Shown here piece after piece: positions 24,839 through 38,679 of a DNA stretch of 64,000 nt (the first letter of the stretch is position 1; each line of letters starts with the position of its first letter). The stretch covers positions 42,470,001-42,534,000 of the forward strand of contig NC_043000.1 of assembly GCF_006345805.1 (NCBI RefSeq), read 5' to 3'. Both the position numbers and the translations under genes were made by a program. Source of the DNA: Octopus sinensis (Eukaryota). The notes under the pieces were generated by a model. That model did no database searches. It saw only the letters and a program-made list of their open reading frames with translations, and was not told the origin of the DNA.

Positions 24839-25174
24839 TGTATGTATGTATGTATGTGTGTGTGTATGTGTGTATGTATGTATGTATGTATGTATGTATG
24901 TTTGTATCTATCTATCTATCTATCTATCTCGATATATATATATATATATATATATATCGTTGTGAGTGTTTTTTGAGCGAAAACACCTAAAGCTCCACGA
25001 GGCTCCGGTAGGGGCTGGTGGTGACCCCACAACTTTCTCTCGTTCTTTCTTCTGTTGGCCTGCTCGCTTAGCCAGCGCGGCGGCGTCATTTGAAGGCTAA
25101 AACAATGCGAAGCGCATTGCGACGAGCGTTGTGTAGCAACATCTCGATAACCTGGTCGGTCACGGTGATATAAA

Positions 25175-25228
<54 letters not shown>

Positions 25229-25644
25229 ATATATATATGCACGCATATGCGTATATGCCTTATAAATATGTGTATGTCTATATATTACTTTTGAGAAAGT
25301 TGGTCTTTCTCACCCTCTTTCTTTTGCATATAGCTATCACCTATCCTCCGCTTCTACCATACTGCTGAATGTCTCTTTTTGCTCCTCAATGAAATCTATG
25401 CCACTTTGTTTTTTCTTTCTGTCTCTGTTTCTCCCCCCCGTATCTCTCTCTCTCTCTCTCTCTCTCTAGCTACCTATTTCTCTTTCTTTTTCACTATTTT
25501 GTCCTGTTACTATTGCTTTTTCTCTATGCTTTCTCTATCGCAGTATATTTTCGTTTAGATTAACCTAATACGCTGGTGCTTATTACGTGCGTCAGTTAGA
25601 AAAATGAGCATATCAATTCTTTTTAATTAATTTATGCGGTAAGT

Positions 25645-25872
25645 CATGTGTTGTGGTACCGCCTTAAAGAATTTTTAGCTGAATGAATCGACCCCAGTAC
25701 TTATTTTTGTTAAGCCTGGTACTTATTTTATCGGCGTCTTCTACCGAACCGCTGGGTCACTGGGACACAAACAAACACACCAGCGCCTGTTATCAAGCTG
25801 CAATGGGAACACAGACATGCACGCATGTACACACACACATATTAACATGTACTCTCTCTCACAGATACACAA

Positions 25873-25919
<47 letters not shown>

Positions 25920-26072
25920 CATACATACAATGGCCTCTTTCAATTTTCATCTACCAAATCCACTAAAAAGGCTTACAGGAGAAAACACTTGCCCAAGGTG
26001 CCACGCAGATGGACTGAACCCGGAATCATAGGGTCGGGAAGCAAGCTTCTAACCGCACAACAACGCCTGCAT
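25645..26072 (-). mobile_element. SINE family A, diverged
   Basis: CCGCCTT...ATCGACCCCAGTACTTA and CTACCAAATCCAC...CACTTGCCCAAGGTGCCACGCAG blocks. Confidence 0.75.
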
Positions 26073-26552
26073 TAAAAAAAAAAATTAAAAACTAATGAGA
26101 AAGAGAAATTAACATCAGTGTTGGCATTCGAATCCAGATTCTACAAACATTATGGAATACTACACAAAAAAAAAAATCAAAAAAAGAGTGAAAAATCTGA
26201 TGGCTGTGAGAAAGAAAGCAAGGCGTGGCTGTCGTCTTCCACTGGGATTTGAACCCAGAAAGTCCAGTAATTTACAGTTTCGTTCGAATTGATAAAAGCA
26301 ACCTTGGCGTGCAATTGATTTATTGTGATACAACAACGTTTTTTAACATTGGACGTGGGCGGTGGAAAATAATCAATTATATCGACCAACGCAGCGATAC
26401 TCGGCTGATACCTTGTTTAATTGATCTCGGAATGCTGAAAGGCAATGTCGACTCTATTACGAGGTGAATGCAGAAAGTAAAGCGACCTAGCTAAATGTTA
26501 CAAACGCATTTTGTTCGGTGCTCTCCCGTTTTTGCTAACATATAGCACTTAT

Positions 26553-27111
26553 ATTCTTTTCTACTCTAGGAACAAGGCCCAAAACTATTTGGGAAAGGAG
26601 TTCAGTCGATTAGATGGAATCCAGTAAGCAACTGGTACTTAATTTATCGACCCCGAAAGAATGAAGGGAAAAGTCGACCTCGGCGGAATTTGAACTCAGA
26701 ATGTGAAGACAGATGAAATACCTATTTCTTTATTACCCACAAGGGGCTAAACATAGAGGGGACAAACAAGGACACACATAGGTATTAAGTCGATTACATC
26801 GGCCCCAGTGCGTAACTGGTACTTAATTTATCGACCCCGACGGAATTTGAACTCAGAATGGGAAGACAGACGAAATACCTATTTCTTTATTACCCACAAG
26901 GGACTAAATATAGAGGGGACAAACAAGGACATACATAGGTATTAAGTCGATTACATCGACCCCAGTGCGTAACTGGTACTTAATTTATCGACCCCGAAAG
27001 GATGAAAGGCAAAGTCGACCTCGGCGGAATTTGAACTCACAACGTAACGGCAGACGAAATACCACTAAGCGTTTCGCCGGGTATGTTAGCGTTTTCGCCA
27101 GCTCGTCGCCT
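26553..27111 (-). mobile_element. SINE family B composite with internal tandem duplications
   Basis: ACTGGTACTTAATTTATCGACCCCGA occurs three times; the block GAAATACCTATTTCTTTATTACCCACAAGGG...GTCGATTACATC occurs twice. Confidence 0.85.
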
Positions 27112-27235
27112 CGCTTGTAAGTACTTTATGAATTCCGCTTATATCGTAAAAACATCGCTGGTTAGAGTATAGTGAAATAATAGCGTAATGCCGTTAGTAG
27201 GAAAGGTTAGAAATGTAAATGTGAAATAAAATAGC

Positions 27236-27686
27236 TTTTACTTTTTACTTGTATCAGTCATTAGACTGCGGCCATACTGGGGCACCGCCTTCAAGAAATT
27301 TTAGGCGAATGCATCGACTCCAGTACTTATTTTAATTGTATTTTTAAAGCCTCGTACTAAATCAATCGTTCTTTAGCCGAATCACTACATTCGGGGGACA
27401 TAAACACACTAACACCAATTGCCAAGCGGTGGTGAATGGAATACATACACATGCACACGTACGCACGCACACACATACACACATATACATACATATACGC
27501 ACACACACAGAGACAGATACACACAAAAAGCGTTTTTCCGTTTACGTCAACCAGATCTACTCACAAGACATTGGTCGGCCAGAGGCTATAGTAGAAGACA
27601 CTTGCCCAAGTTGCCACACAGTGGTACTGAGGACTGAATCATGTGGTTGGAAATAAAGCTTCTTACCACACGGCAATGCTTGCGAC
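27236..27686 (-). mobile_element. SINE family A, diverged full length
   Basis: GTCATTAGACTGCGGCCATACTGG ... GAGGCTATAGTAGAAGACACTTGCCCAAG. Confidence 0.8.
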
Positions 27687-28009
27687 TATTGAAATGAAAT
27701 AAAACAAGAAAAATAAAGAAGGAATAAGAGAAAGTTTAATTCTTGTGATAGATTTAAAGATATAAAAGCGTTAAAGCTCTTTGAATGAAAGAGATTAAAG
27801 ATATATATCGAAGGTTTATGGATATGGAAGTGGCTATAAAAGTACCGCTTGCAGAATCTTTAACCGGAATCAGCAATAACAATTATCACATGAGAACAAA
27901 ATATAAAGAACGTCTAATGAAGAATCATTGATTCGAAAGCGCTAACGAGATAAAATTTAACACCCAGCAATAAGGCTTTCTACAGGTCACACGCCACACG
28001 TAGTCTCAA

Positions 28010-28061
<52 letters not shown>

Positions 28062-28659
28062 ATCTATCTATCTATCTATCTATCTGTTTGTTTGTATGTC
28101 TATCTATCTGTCTGTCTAGTTATTTCTCTACCTATCCACTTTTATATCCACTTCCATATCTATAAGCCTTTGATATTCCCTTAATCTCTTACACTTTTTT
28201 TATATCCCTAAATCTATCACTCAAATTAAATCCCTCATACCTCATCTAATTTTAATTTATCTTATCGTAATTTATTTAATTTCACCCTCCTCCTTTACAT
28301 TCCGAACCTCTCCGACTAACGGCGTTACTCTGTTACAATATATTATTGAAGTTACCCTGTTACAACATATTATTAAATATATTATTAGTACTACACAGTA
28401 TTAATAATATGTTTTCCTTAATTTTATCGATATACATTCAAATAGCTAAAACCGACCTTAGTGTGCAATTTACCGCACCTGCAGGGTGTGGTAAGAGTTG
28501 GTAAGATAAATTATCGACCTAAAGTAACCTGATATTCAGCGGGATAAATTCCACCTCTTACACTTTAATGATAATACATATTTCATTTGATGTTAGCTGT
28601 CGTGCTAAATATTCATTGTTGTCAGTTCACACCAAAGGCGATCTATTACTGGTAGTCAT

Positions 28660-28765
28660 GTAACCCAGCATTGATTTGTGGTTGCATCGCCGGTGGCTTT
28701 ACTCGAAACATTATTGAAATGTCTCATCCTACTGTGTGGAAGTTTGAAAGACACCGCGACGGGAC
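28660..28765 (+). pseudogene. Possible Mutator/MULE transposase C-terminal remnant
   Basis: WLHRRW followed after a frameshift by SHPTVWKF, resembling the WHxxF...HPxIWKF tail of MULE transposases; very short. Confidence 0.25.
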
Positions 28766-29400
28766 AGAAATAAAAATATTTGCCGACAACTACGCGAGCA
28801 ACTCAATAAGGTGTCAATAACTATAAATCAAACCTACTATTGGAGTGGGATCTCGTGAAGTCCCTTGAGTGTGACATGCTGAAGGCCAGGAAACGTTTTA
28901 GAAAGGGTCTTGTTTCTCTTAAACTCATTAAATTTACTGTTAGTCGTACCCGAGAAATCCGAGCGGAAAAATTTCTTTGAGAATGGCAAAGAATGTCCGA
29001 GATAGCTTAAATAACTGCATTTGATGGACTTTTTGAACAAATGCATGTAAATACATGCGAAGATCGTGATGATAGAACTGAGAGAGAAAATACACTAGTT
29101 AGTGGTTGTCATTGAATCTAAGCCTGACGGAGTATATGCTATATAGGAGATGTGAGGAGGAAGGAAGAATGAGTTGAATGGGCTTTGATAGAAGAGTGGA
29201 TGTTAGCCCAGCGCCCGGGGAAAGAGACCACGGTTAGAAACGGAGAGACAGGAGACTGAAGTTTTTAGGAAAAAGGTTGGCGTTATGTGTTCACTCAGTT
29301 AATAGCTGTAGATTAACATTTCCCTCCTTCTCTGTCTGTCAGTCTCTGAATATATATATATATATTATATATATATATATATATACACACACAAATACAG

Positions 29401-29439
<39 letters not shown>

Positions 29440-29663
29440 TACATAAACATACCTTCATACATACATACATACATAAATGCATACATGCATATACATACGT
29501 GAATATATAAAACCACTTAGTCGATATATTCGTAATTACTACTCATATTTGACCCACTGACATTTTAGACAACATATATAATTAAAGAAAGTTACACTAA
29601 ATTCGCAATTAGGTAGCATATTACTTAGCTTTATCTCGAATTAGCAATTTATATATATGTATG

Positions 29664-29700
<37 letters not shown>

Positions 29701-29711
29701 ATGCATGTATG

Positions 29712-29744
<33 letters not shown>

Positions 29745-29824
29745 ATATATATATGTATATATGTATGTATGTATATAGACATGTATGCACACACAAACAC
29801 ACACACACACATATACATAAATAC

Positions 29825-29864
<40 letters not shown>

Positions 29865-30241
29865 TATTCAAGCAAGCATACATACATATATGCATACACA
29901 CATACGCGCACACACACACACACACATACACACACATACACACACACTCACTCTCACCCCCTCTCTCTCTCTCTCACACACACACATGCACAAATATGCG
30001 GATACACATATTGATGTGTGCATTCTTTGCAATAACCTAGTAACATTTAAGCCTTCGCCAATCATTCTTGCTTTGAAGTCAATGGCCAATTTGATAACGG
30101 CTTAATTTACCATATGGACCACGCATTTCCATATGTAATACAATTCAAGCGAGATACATCTCATTCGCATTCTATCTTTACACATTGTATATATACTCAT
30201 AAAACATTGGAATAAACAGACAAACTTGAAGAAGCACAAAC

Positions 30242-30280
<39 letters not shown>

Positions 30281-30457
30281 CATACATACATACATACATA
30301 CATACATACATACATACATACATACATACATACATACATAATACACACATTCATACATAATACACACATACATACATATGTACGTACGTACGTACGTTCA
30401 TACATATGTACGTACGTACACATATAGGAAGCAAGAAACATGCAGAGATTAAGGGAG

Positions 30458-30502
<45 letters not shown>

Positions 30503-30944
30503 CAGACAGACAGACAGAGAGGAGAAGAAAGAGAGATAGGAAGAGACAAAGAATGAGAGAGAGGAGAGAGTGAAAGAAACAGAGAAAGAAAAAAAGAGAG
30601 GGAAGATGGGAGGAGAAAAAAGGGGCAGAGAAATCAGCAAGAGAATGCTTCTATGGTTTTTACAATTTGCACATTTTTATATATAAATATATGTAATTAA
30701 ACGTGAATTTATGATTACCTTACATGCCTTTTGACATTTATGAAAGGCGAAACCAAAACTCCTTCGGAAATAAAAATATAAAATTCTATTGCAAATTACA
30801 AGCAGCCATTTGAAATATAGAATGGAAGCAATAAAGCCTAGTAGCAACCTATTGCGGTTCTGCTTCTCAAATTTGATAACATAATTCTAATGCACATTGG
30901 AATAAAAAAAAATCTGAAGTACTGTTTCGCACGAAATGAGAAGT

Positions 30945-31095
30945 AGGTGGACAGCTGACAACTGATGAAGGGTCGTTCTTTATGTTATTTGTCTTGTTTT
31001 CCATTTGTTTCTCTTGTTGTTTATGTATTCAACTCTTTCGTTTTTGTATTTCGTATAGCTTACGGTTTGTGACGTCTCCTACCCATATATGGACA
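30945..31095 (+). repeat. Copy of the CTGATGAAGGG repeat family, related to the arms at 35.6 and 36.5 kb
   Basis: GACAACTGATGAAGGGTCGTTCTTTATG...GACGTCTCCTACCCATATATG aligns with the minus strand of 35520-35700. Confidence 0.6.
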
Positions 31096-31098
31096 TAT

Positions 31099-31140
<42 letters not shown>

Positions 31141-31151
31141 CTATATATAAC

Positions 31152-31251
<100 letters not shown>

Positions 31252-31340
31252 TATATGTATGTATGTATGTATATATATTTATAACTATGTATATATATAC
31301 ATATATATATATATATAATTATGTATATATGTATATATAT

Positions 31341-31590
31341 ATGCATCAGAATTGTGTAGATCTATATGTTGGTCAGACTGGAAATGTACTATCAGAACGT
31401 TCACGTGTGCACCGACAGCAAATTAGAGACCCAGATGTCCGATAGATACTTTTGAGTAACCTTCTAGCAACATGCGCTCGGAAAATATTTATATTTTCAT
31501 TCTCCAAACCACACAGTCCAAGTGAAATTGAGAGAAAAAAATTAGAGAAAAGAATTTTATTAATAAATTCAAACCCATGCTAAATAAACA
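31341..31590 (+). pseudogene. Penelope-like element GIY-YIG endonuclease C-terminal remnant
   Basis: [27 protein letters not shown]...EIERKKLEK...FINKFKPMLNK: YVGQT, R..H, E...I.KFKP.LN pattern. Confidence 0.75.
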
Positions 31591-32087
31591 ATAATACTAA
31601 TACTTATAGGTACTATTTCTACTGCTACAATCACTACCACTAACAACAACAACGATACTAATGGTGCTCATGGTGACGATAGTAGGAAAATATTAGCTAA
31701 GTCAAGAGAAATGTAGGTAAAAATAATCTTATTTTGGGGTTTAAAGTTCTATATTCACAGCTGCTCCTACCACAACCGCCGCCGCCGCCGCCGCCACCAC
31801 CACCACCACAGCCACCACTACAGTTATGAATTGTAAAATATAACTGTGACCGCTACTATATTAACCTGAAGATTGCATAGTTTAATGCACGAGAGTACCA
31901 GTTCAATCAGAATGGACATTTAATATTCTATCATTGCATTATATTATATTATCTTATTATAAGATTGTAAATAAAATGTGAAAATCAAAGTTGGAATTTC
32001 TTTGAGTAGTGTATATAAAACTTACTTTATATACATATATATATACATATATATATTTATATGTATATATAAGTGCGTGTGTGTGTA

Positions 32088-33341
32088 CGATGATAGGTCT
32101 AAAGTTGTAAGCAATCGTGTATCAAATTTATTAATATAAAAGCAATGGTTGGTCAAGTTTTCGACATGATCTTTATTTTCGGTGCAGTTCTATCAACGGT
32201 CGACAAGGTTGCTTATTCCATCGGAAGAAGGTTTTCAGCTGGTCACGCTGTCATTTATGCACCACTTTCTGCACTTCTTCGTTCGTAGCTGATTATCTCC
32301 TAAAGGCTGTTGCAGCAGTAAGTTCGGAAATGCCGTGATCTGGACGACTGTATGCAGCAACTTGAAACCCAAATTTTCAATAATTTTAACGGTGTGGACT
32401 ACCGTATGTGGGCTTGCATTATCATGCAGCTATAACACGTGCTTTGAGAAAGACTTGTGGTTTGGCGCGAATTGCTAGTTCTAGTTAAATGAAAACCATT
32501 TCACTGAAGCCGACACAAGTGACTGTGTACCCCTTTCTAGCATGGACCTTTTTGCGTCCCCGGTATATGGCCTTTTCAGTCCCAAGGAATGGTTAGCATC
32601 ATTTTCTCTGCATAAGTTTGAGCTTTGAATTTTCATTTTCACTGGCGATTCAGAATACTTCCACACCATATTGTGCCTCCTGTTTGATTCTGGATCAAAG
32701 TAATCGATCCAAGTATCATCCTTGCAATTATCCTCTCCAAAAAAGCTTCGTCTTCTTCGTTGGAGTAATCGAGCAAGCGTTGACAGATCTCAACAAGATT
32801 ACACTTTCGAGCATCGGTAAACTCTTTTGGTAACCACCTGGCATAGACGTTACAGAAGCGAAGCTTTCCGTGGATGGTTTTTTCGATTAATTTGCAGTGA
32901 ACATGCTACTTCATCGATGCTCAGTCGTCGGTATACCAAAACCATCTCCCGAGCATGTTGACTCTTCCCGTCAGTGGCGGAGGTTGAAGGTCCCCTCTTC
33001 CTGTCCCCTCTTCGTGTTTCACGCTTGTCCGAACATATTTAAACGCCTCAATCCACTGATAGCACTTGTAAGCAGCTGAGCACTGTCCTTCTTTTGTACT
33101 GAAAGCCTACGATGAGTTTCTGCCCTGACACACTTTCAGGCTAAAGAAATCGGATCACTGATCTCAGCCCTTCCCTGATGCACGTTGCCAGCCGTGCGGC
33201 CATCTTTACTTTGTAATAGAAGAAAGAAAACTGGAGCGAGGAAAACCAAACATGGCGTACATAACCACTAGGACACCAGCATGCGAAGGTTGAAAGCAGA
33301 ACAGTCCTAACAAAATACATATAAATTTGGACTTCCCCTTG
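32088..33341 (-). mobile_element. Near full-length degenerate mariner (irritans/Hsmar2-like), ~1.25 kb
   Basis: Minus strand MAARLATC..LRSVIRFL, ARWLPK, FLERII..DDTWI.YFDPES, MVWK, L.LHDNASPHT; TIR-like TA|CAAGGGGAAGTCCAAA at one end and a degenerate TA|CGATGATAGGTCTAAA at the other. Confidence 0.88.
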
Positions 33342-33356
33342 TATGTATGTATATGA

Positions 33357-33402
<46 letters not shown>

Positions 33403-33406
33403 TATA

Positions 33407-33439
<33 letters not shown>

Positions 33440-33754
33440 TATGTGCGTGTGTGTGTGTGTATGTGTGTGTGTGTATGTATGTACGTGTGCGTGTGTGTGT
33501 ATACATACATATAAAAATCATACATATGATTATACTTCCAAACCAACGAAGGTGTCTCGACTTGGTGGCTCCACATTCTATACTAGATTAAGACCCACCA
33601 AGTGGGAGCACCCAACAAATATTACATTTCGACTCTACGAAGTAGTCAGCCAACCAGCACCCAGCCAGTGTAATGCATGATGAAGGAGAAAAAAAATTTC
33701 GGTTGTTTTTACCGGCCATCTTCTAGTTGAGACCCAGTAGTATTAATAAATATA

Positions 33755-33990
33755 ATGTTAAGGCACGGTGGGTAAAATGCTCAGCTGTATTTCGTCCTTT
33801 GAACTCGTTCTGAGTTCAAAATAAGCCGAAGTCGACTACACTTTTTATCCTTTTGGAGTCGACGAAATAGGTACCGGTTGAATACTGAGAACGTTTCGAG
33901 ACAATCATAGAAGAGACTTGCCCAAGATGTTACGCAGTGGGGCTGAACCCAGAACTATGTGGTTAGTAAACAAGCTTCTTACCACGCAGC
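33755..33990. mobile_element. Adjacent diverged SINE B (+) and SINE A head (-) fragments
   Basis: GTTCTGAGTTCAAA..GCCGAAGTCGAC..TTTATCCTTTTGGAGTCGA, then ACTTGCCCAAG...GCTGAACCCAGAAC. Confidence 0.6.
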
Positions 33991-35599
33991 TACACACACA
34001 CACACACACACACAAATACACACACACACACATTATTTCTTATTACATTCATGTATCGAGTAACAAACAAGGGTGAATAAAATATTTGATCATTTCTACT
34101 TTACCAAATAAAAATATTATATACTGTAAGAAACTCGACTGGCGTTTGCACCAGCAAAAATTAGCAACCACATTTGAAAAATTTAAATAAACGTCCAAAT
34201 TTTGGGAAGTCGGATAAATGTGTATGTATACCTTTCGGAAGCAAGAATCCTGATATTTCGAACCAAGACATTCGAAACATTTGCTTTATTTTTTTGGTTT
34301 ATGTTTTCCTACAAACTTAATCTTCTTCGGAAAGTCAAGATTACTGGTATTTCTTTTACTTAAGGTCAAACAATATACATATTTTTAAGTTACAGTTTGG
34401 ATGTTAAATTTTTCAAAATTTTTTGTCTGTTCTGATGTAAGTTATAGGTTATCAATTCATCACATTTAAAAAAAGAAATATTAACTAGATATTCCAGCTT
34501 TCATTAAGTTTCAGCAGTCAATCAGACATTAGATTATATCTTCATAATTTTATTATTTTTTATTTACATTTTTTCTTATCGAAATGTGTCGAGGAATGTA
34601 ATAAATATGTATACAGCTTTTAAAAAATATTTATAGAAAAATAAATATTTCCAATAGCAGAGGTGTCTATACAGAAACCTATTCACACCTTTCTATCTGT
34701 CTATCTTTTTTTATATATTGACCTTCTATTTATTCATAAACAATGTTGATACATATATTTCCTAATGTCTGTTTAAGCATTCCTCTTCTTTGAAAATTTA
34801 AAATCTTTACTTTGTAAGAGTATAGGATTATTCTAACCGATAAACATGTCTGTTATTACGATATATCATGTCTAGAAGCAATAAATGTCTAAACACATGC
34901 ACACGGATATATATACGTACGCGCGTACGCACACATATACACAAACACAAACGTATGTAAGTACATAAACAAATACGCACACGCACACAGGGTCCTGCCT
35001 TAAGCCGATTGGACCGATTGCTCCCAATCGGACCCCGCACCGAAGTGGGACCCGCGCTCAAGAGGGTCACATTCTATGCTGCGTCATTTCATAAAGGTGG
35101 TCTCGATGAAGTCTTTTTAAAAAATCTACATGGTTTAAAAAAAAAATAAAAGAAAAACATGCTTTCTACACTTTAGCGACAAAAGATATCAAAAGATAAA
35201 CCCGTTCATCCAAGACTGCTTGGGTTAGCCGCTGAATTTAAAGAAATGTATTGCATTTTTAGCGTAAGAGTTAATAAATATGTTTTTATGTTAGTATAAG
35301 GGAGTGTTTTTTGGGATGTTTGGGTAAAATATTTGTGTGTCTGTGAGAATATGTACGTGGGTGAATTGTATGTATATGTGTGTGTGCATATGTTTTGTGT
35401 GTGTATTCGGAAATGGATGCGTGGCGTTCGATCATACAATAATATAAATAACATACACACATATCTATACATATATATATGCATACATACATACATATAT
35501 TACATACCTACATAGGTATGTATAGATATGCATGCATATATGGGTACATGACGTAAAAAATGTGAACATGAAAAACGAGAACATAAAAACAAAAACATG

Positions 35600-35910
35600 G
35601 AAAACGAACTTTCTTTCGGACAACGAGAGAAACAAATAGAGAAATGAAATAGGTAACTTAAAGAACAATCCCTTCATCAGTTGTCCCCTGCTTTATCCAC
35701 CCCGCACTTCGAACGTTCGGACAAGAAGCCTCTTCGTTAAAACAGTCGTTCCCGCAAAGCAAATTAAATAAAATTTGGGATTTGCGGAGGGTTTTGCGGA
35801 GGCTTTTCATTTTGTTCGCATTTTCTTAACGTCCCCTATCCATATATGCTGTATATATACATATATATGTAGGTATGTACATATATGCATGTATATATAT
35901 ATATATATAT

Positions 35911-35966
<56 letters not shown>

Positions 35967-35970
35967 ATAC

Positions 35971-36018
<48 letters not shown>

Positions 36019-36605
36019 GTATGCAGTATATATATATATATATATATAATATATATATCTTCTTTATATTATTATATGATCGAACACCACGCATCCATTT
36101 CCAAGTAAGTTTTATTTTAATAATTTTGATGTGCACTGTACAACTATCTCTATTCTCCCTCTATTATTCTTATTCCTTTCTGTTTTTCTTTCCCACCCTT
36201 TCTCCAGTTCACCTCCTTCCCTCTCCCTCACGCTTCCTTCTTGACTCTCGTTGATTACACGTGACCAGCGGTTATCCTTCTTTCTTTCCCTTGCCTTACA
36301 AGAGACAAGACGCAATTTTGCCTGTCTCCTGTCAAAGCTCGTTTCTCCAGTATTCACCACTTCACCTTGTTATCACTTAATAACCCTTACCGTTTGTTTT
36401 TATTGTTTTGTTCTTACTGTCCTGTTTTTGGTACCATTTTAACCCTACATATATCCCAAATTATATTTAATTTGGTTTGCGGAAACGACTGTTTTAACGA
36501 AGTCGCGTCTTGTCCCAACATTCGTTACGCGGAGTAGATAAAACAGGAGATAACTGGTGAAGGGATTGTTCCTTATATTGCCTGTCTCGTTTCTTTATTC
36601 GTTTT
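35600..36605. repeat. Diverged inverted repeat (arms ~35600-35781 and ~36453-36605) carrying a hammerhead-core-like motif in each arm
   Basis: CGTTAAAACAGTCGTTCCCGCAAAGCAAATTAAATAAAATTTGGGAT versus its reverse complement at 36453. CTGATGA on minus at 35674-35680; CTGGTGA on plus at 36554-36560. Confidence 0.7.
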
Positions 36606-37145
36606 ACACACACTATACAAAAATATGAAATATATCATATTACATGGCACGTCTCTGAAACTGGTGGAACTCTAAATTTTAAACTTTTTATGTTATTTTT
36701 GGGAAGTTTTTAATACGTATTTTTTAATGTTTCATCATCCCAAATTTTTAATTATACCAATATTTTATAGCATTTAAAATGTAAATTCACTGTATTTTAT
36801 GTACAACACCGACGTATATCTATTTATATATATATTTATATTTTTATATCGGGAATATATACATCCGTTCTGTAAATGTGGAAGAATATATGAATATATG
36901 TATCTATTTGATCTTCGAGTGTGGATCTTAATTATGTTCCTCTAGTTTCCGCTTGCATTGCCTCCGTTCAAATTAAGAAGTGAAATATGTATATATATAT
37001 ATATATATATAATTTCAGCAAAACAATTTAGATTCAAATGAATATGGTACTTAACTTAGATGCATCAGAATTTTTTATGGTATTACCCATAAAATTATGT
37101 GGGGTGATTATAACCAAAAAATAAGCAACAAGAATGGATCGGCAG

Positions 37146-37231
37146 TTTAGTACAATTGTTTCATACTATAAACATTTTATCAAAGCTGCAAATATTACAG
37201 CAAATATAATGTCAAGTAATCTTCAGCTAAA
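37146..37231 (-). ncRNA. Minimal type-I hammerhead ribozyme, palindrome left arm
   Basis: Mirror of 37628-37713, core intact. Confidence 0.78.
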
Positions 37232-37627
37232 TTTCATATAGATTTTCCAAACATCTTAGAGAGTGTAAATATACTTATAAAGTTATAGATGTGAGTTCCA
37301 GGAACTTGAATTAAGATTCCAAGCAGACCATATATGTTTTCCAACAATACAAAGTTCTTAAATTAATTATTGACATCCCAGAGAAGGTAAATATACTCAT
37401 AAAGATGTGGATATAAATTTCAAGAAACATGTTTCTTGAAATTTATATCCACATCTTAATGAGTATATTTACTTTCTCTGGAATGTCAATAATTAATTTA
37501 AGAACTTTGTATTGTTGGAAGACATATATGGTCTGCTTGGAATCTTAATTCAAGTTCCTGGAACTCACATCTATAATTTTATAAGTATATTTACACTCTC
37601 TAAGATGTTTGGAAAACCTATATGAAA

Positions 37628-37713
37628 TTTAGCTGAAGATTACTTGACATTATATTTTCTGTAATATTTGCAGCTTTAATAAAATGTTTATAGTATGAAA
37701 CAATTGTACTAAA
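37628..37713 (+). ncRNA. Minimal type-I hammerhead ribozyme, palindrome right arm
   Basis: TTTAG-CTGAAGA-T-TACT..ACATT...AATGT..AGTA-T-GAAAC-AATT-GTA^CTAAA. Perfect 5-bp stem I, palindromic loop III AATT, GUA triplet. Confidence 0.78.
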
Positions 37714-38470
37714 CAACCGATCCATTCTTGTTGCTTATTCTTTTGTTTTATTTATATATATATATATATAAATCCACGTATAATTCACATTCACTTCGTT
37801 TGTAACATAACATAGTAGGAAAGTGTGTTAGTGGAACACAATTTAACATTGTTCTCATTCTTTAAGACCATATGGAAATTTGTCGGAACACCTTCCCCAC
37901 TTATTGTCGGAAACAAAAATGCACCCTATGCTAGACTGTGGTATTGTAGTTCTCCAAACCTATCAAGATATATCACCAAAAAGAAAACAGGGATTACAAT
38001 CTGTTCATTACCGCAGCAAACTGTACCTGTTTTAATCTTTTATGTTTTCGCTGTATTCGCATAGCTTCACTATGAGGACACAATAACCCAGACAGATTAT
38101 TCGACACAGCAGCAGCAGCAGAAGAGACAGCAGAAGCAACAGCAGGAAAGGCAGCAGAGGTAGCAGCAACAGCAGTGGGTAGCAGTAATCTACAAATCTA
38201 TGATAGGCAATACAAAATAAATGATCTCGGCCAATGCGCATCGGATTAATTACCAAGATATATTCGCCTTTACACACATAAACACGCGCACGAATATATA
38301 TATATATATACATGTGTGTGCGCTTAAATATGTACACACACACACCACACATACATACATACACACACATACACATACACACACACATGATAGATCGTTA
38401 GCTCCTACGCGCATTTTTATCTCTCCTTGTTTTTTCTCTCTTTGTTTCTCTCCTTGTTTTTTTCTGTGTA

Positions 38471-38508
38471 TCTTTCTGTTGAAGAGCGTAGGCTCGAAAC
38501 GTAAAAGA
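38471..38508 (+). ncRNA. Solo minimal hammerhead motif with A6>U core variant
   Basis: TCTTT-CTGTTGA-A-GAGC(gtag)GCTC-GAAA-CG-TA^AAAGA. Perfect stems I and II. Confidence 0.6.
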
Positions 38509-38679
38509 CTTTTTCTATTTCTATTCCTGAGCGCTATACTAATACATTTGTTTGTTTGTACTCCACCTGCCTTCGTCTTTTGCTTATTTTCGTAAACTTT
38601 CCCGTTATATATTTATATATATGTATATGTATGCGAAATATTTTATGTTTTATGTGAATGTATTATATAAACTAAAATG

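Larger units (their letters stand above)
37120..37739. repeat. Spacerless 620-bp palindrome (2 x 310 bp)
   Basis: Centre AAGAAACA|TGTTTCTT at 37429/37430; arms match end to end with only scattered mismatches. Confidence 0.97.

Noticed and set aside
24970-25170. GC-richer repeat-like segment (AAACACCTAAAGCTCCACGAGG...GGTCGGTCACG)
   Set aside because: Looks like an interspersed repeat fragment but is single-copy in the window and has no diagnostic motif.
34986-35060. CAGGGTCCTGCCTTAAGCCGATTGG, hAT-like terminal motif
   Set aside because: Only one end seen; no partner TIR or TSD.
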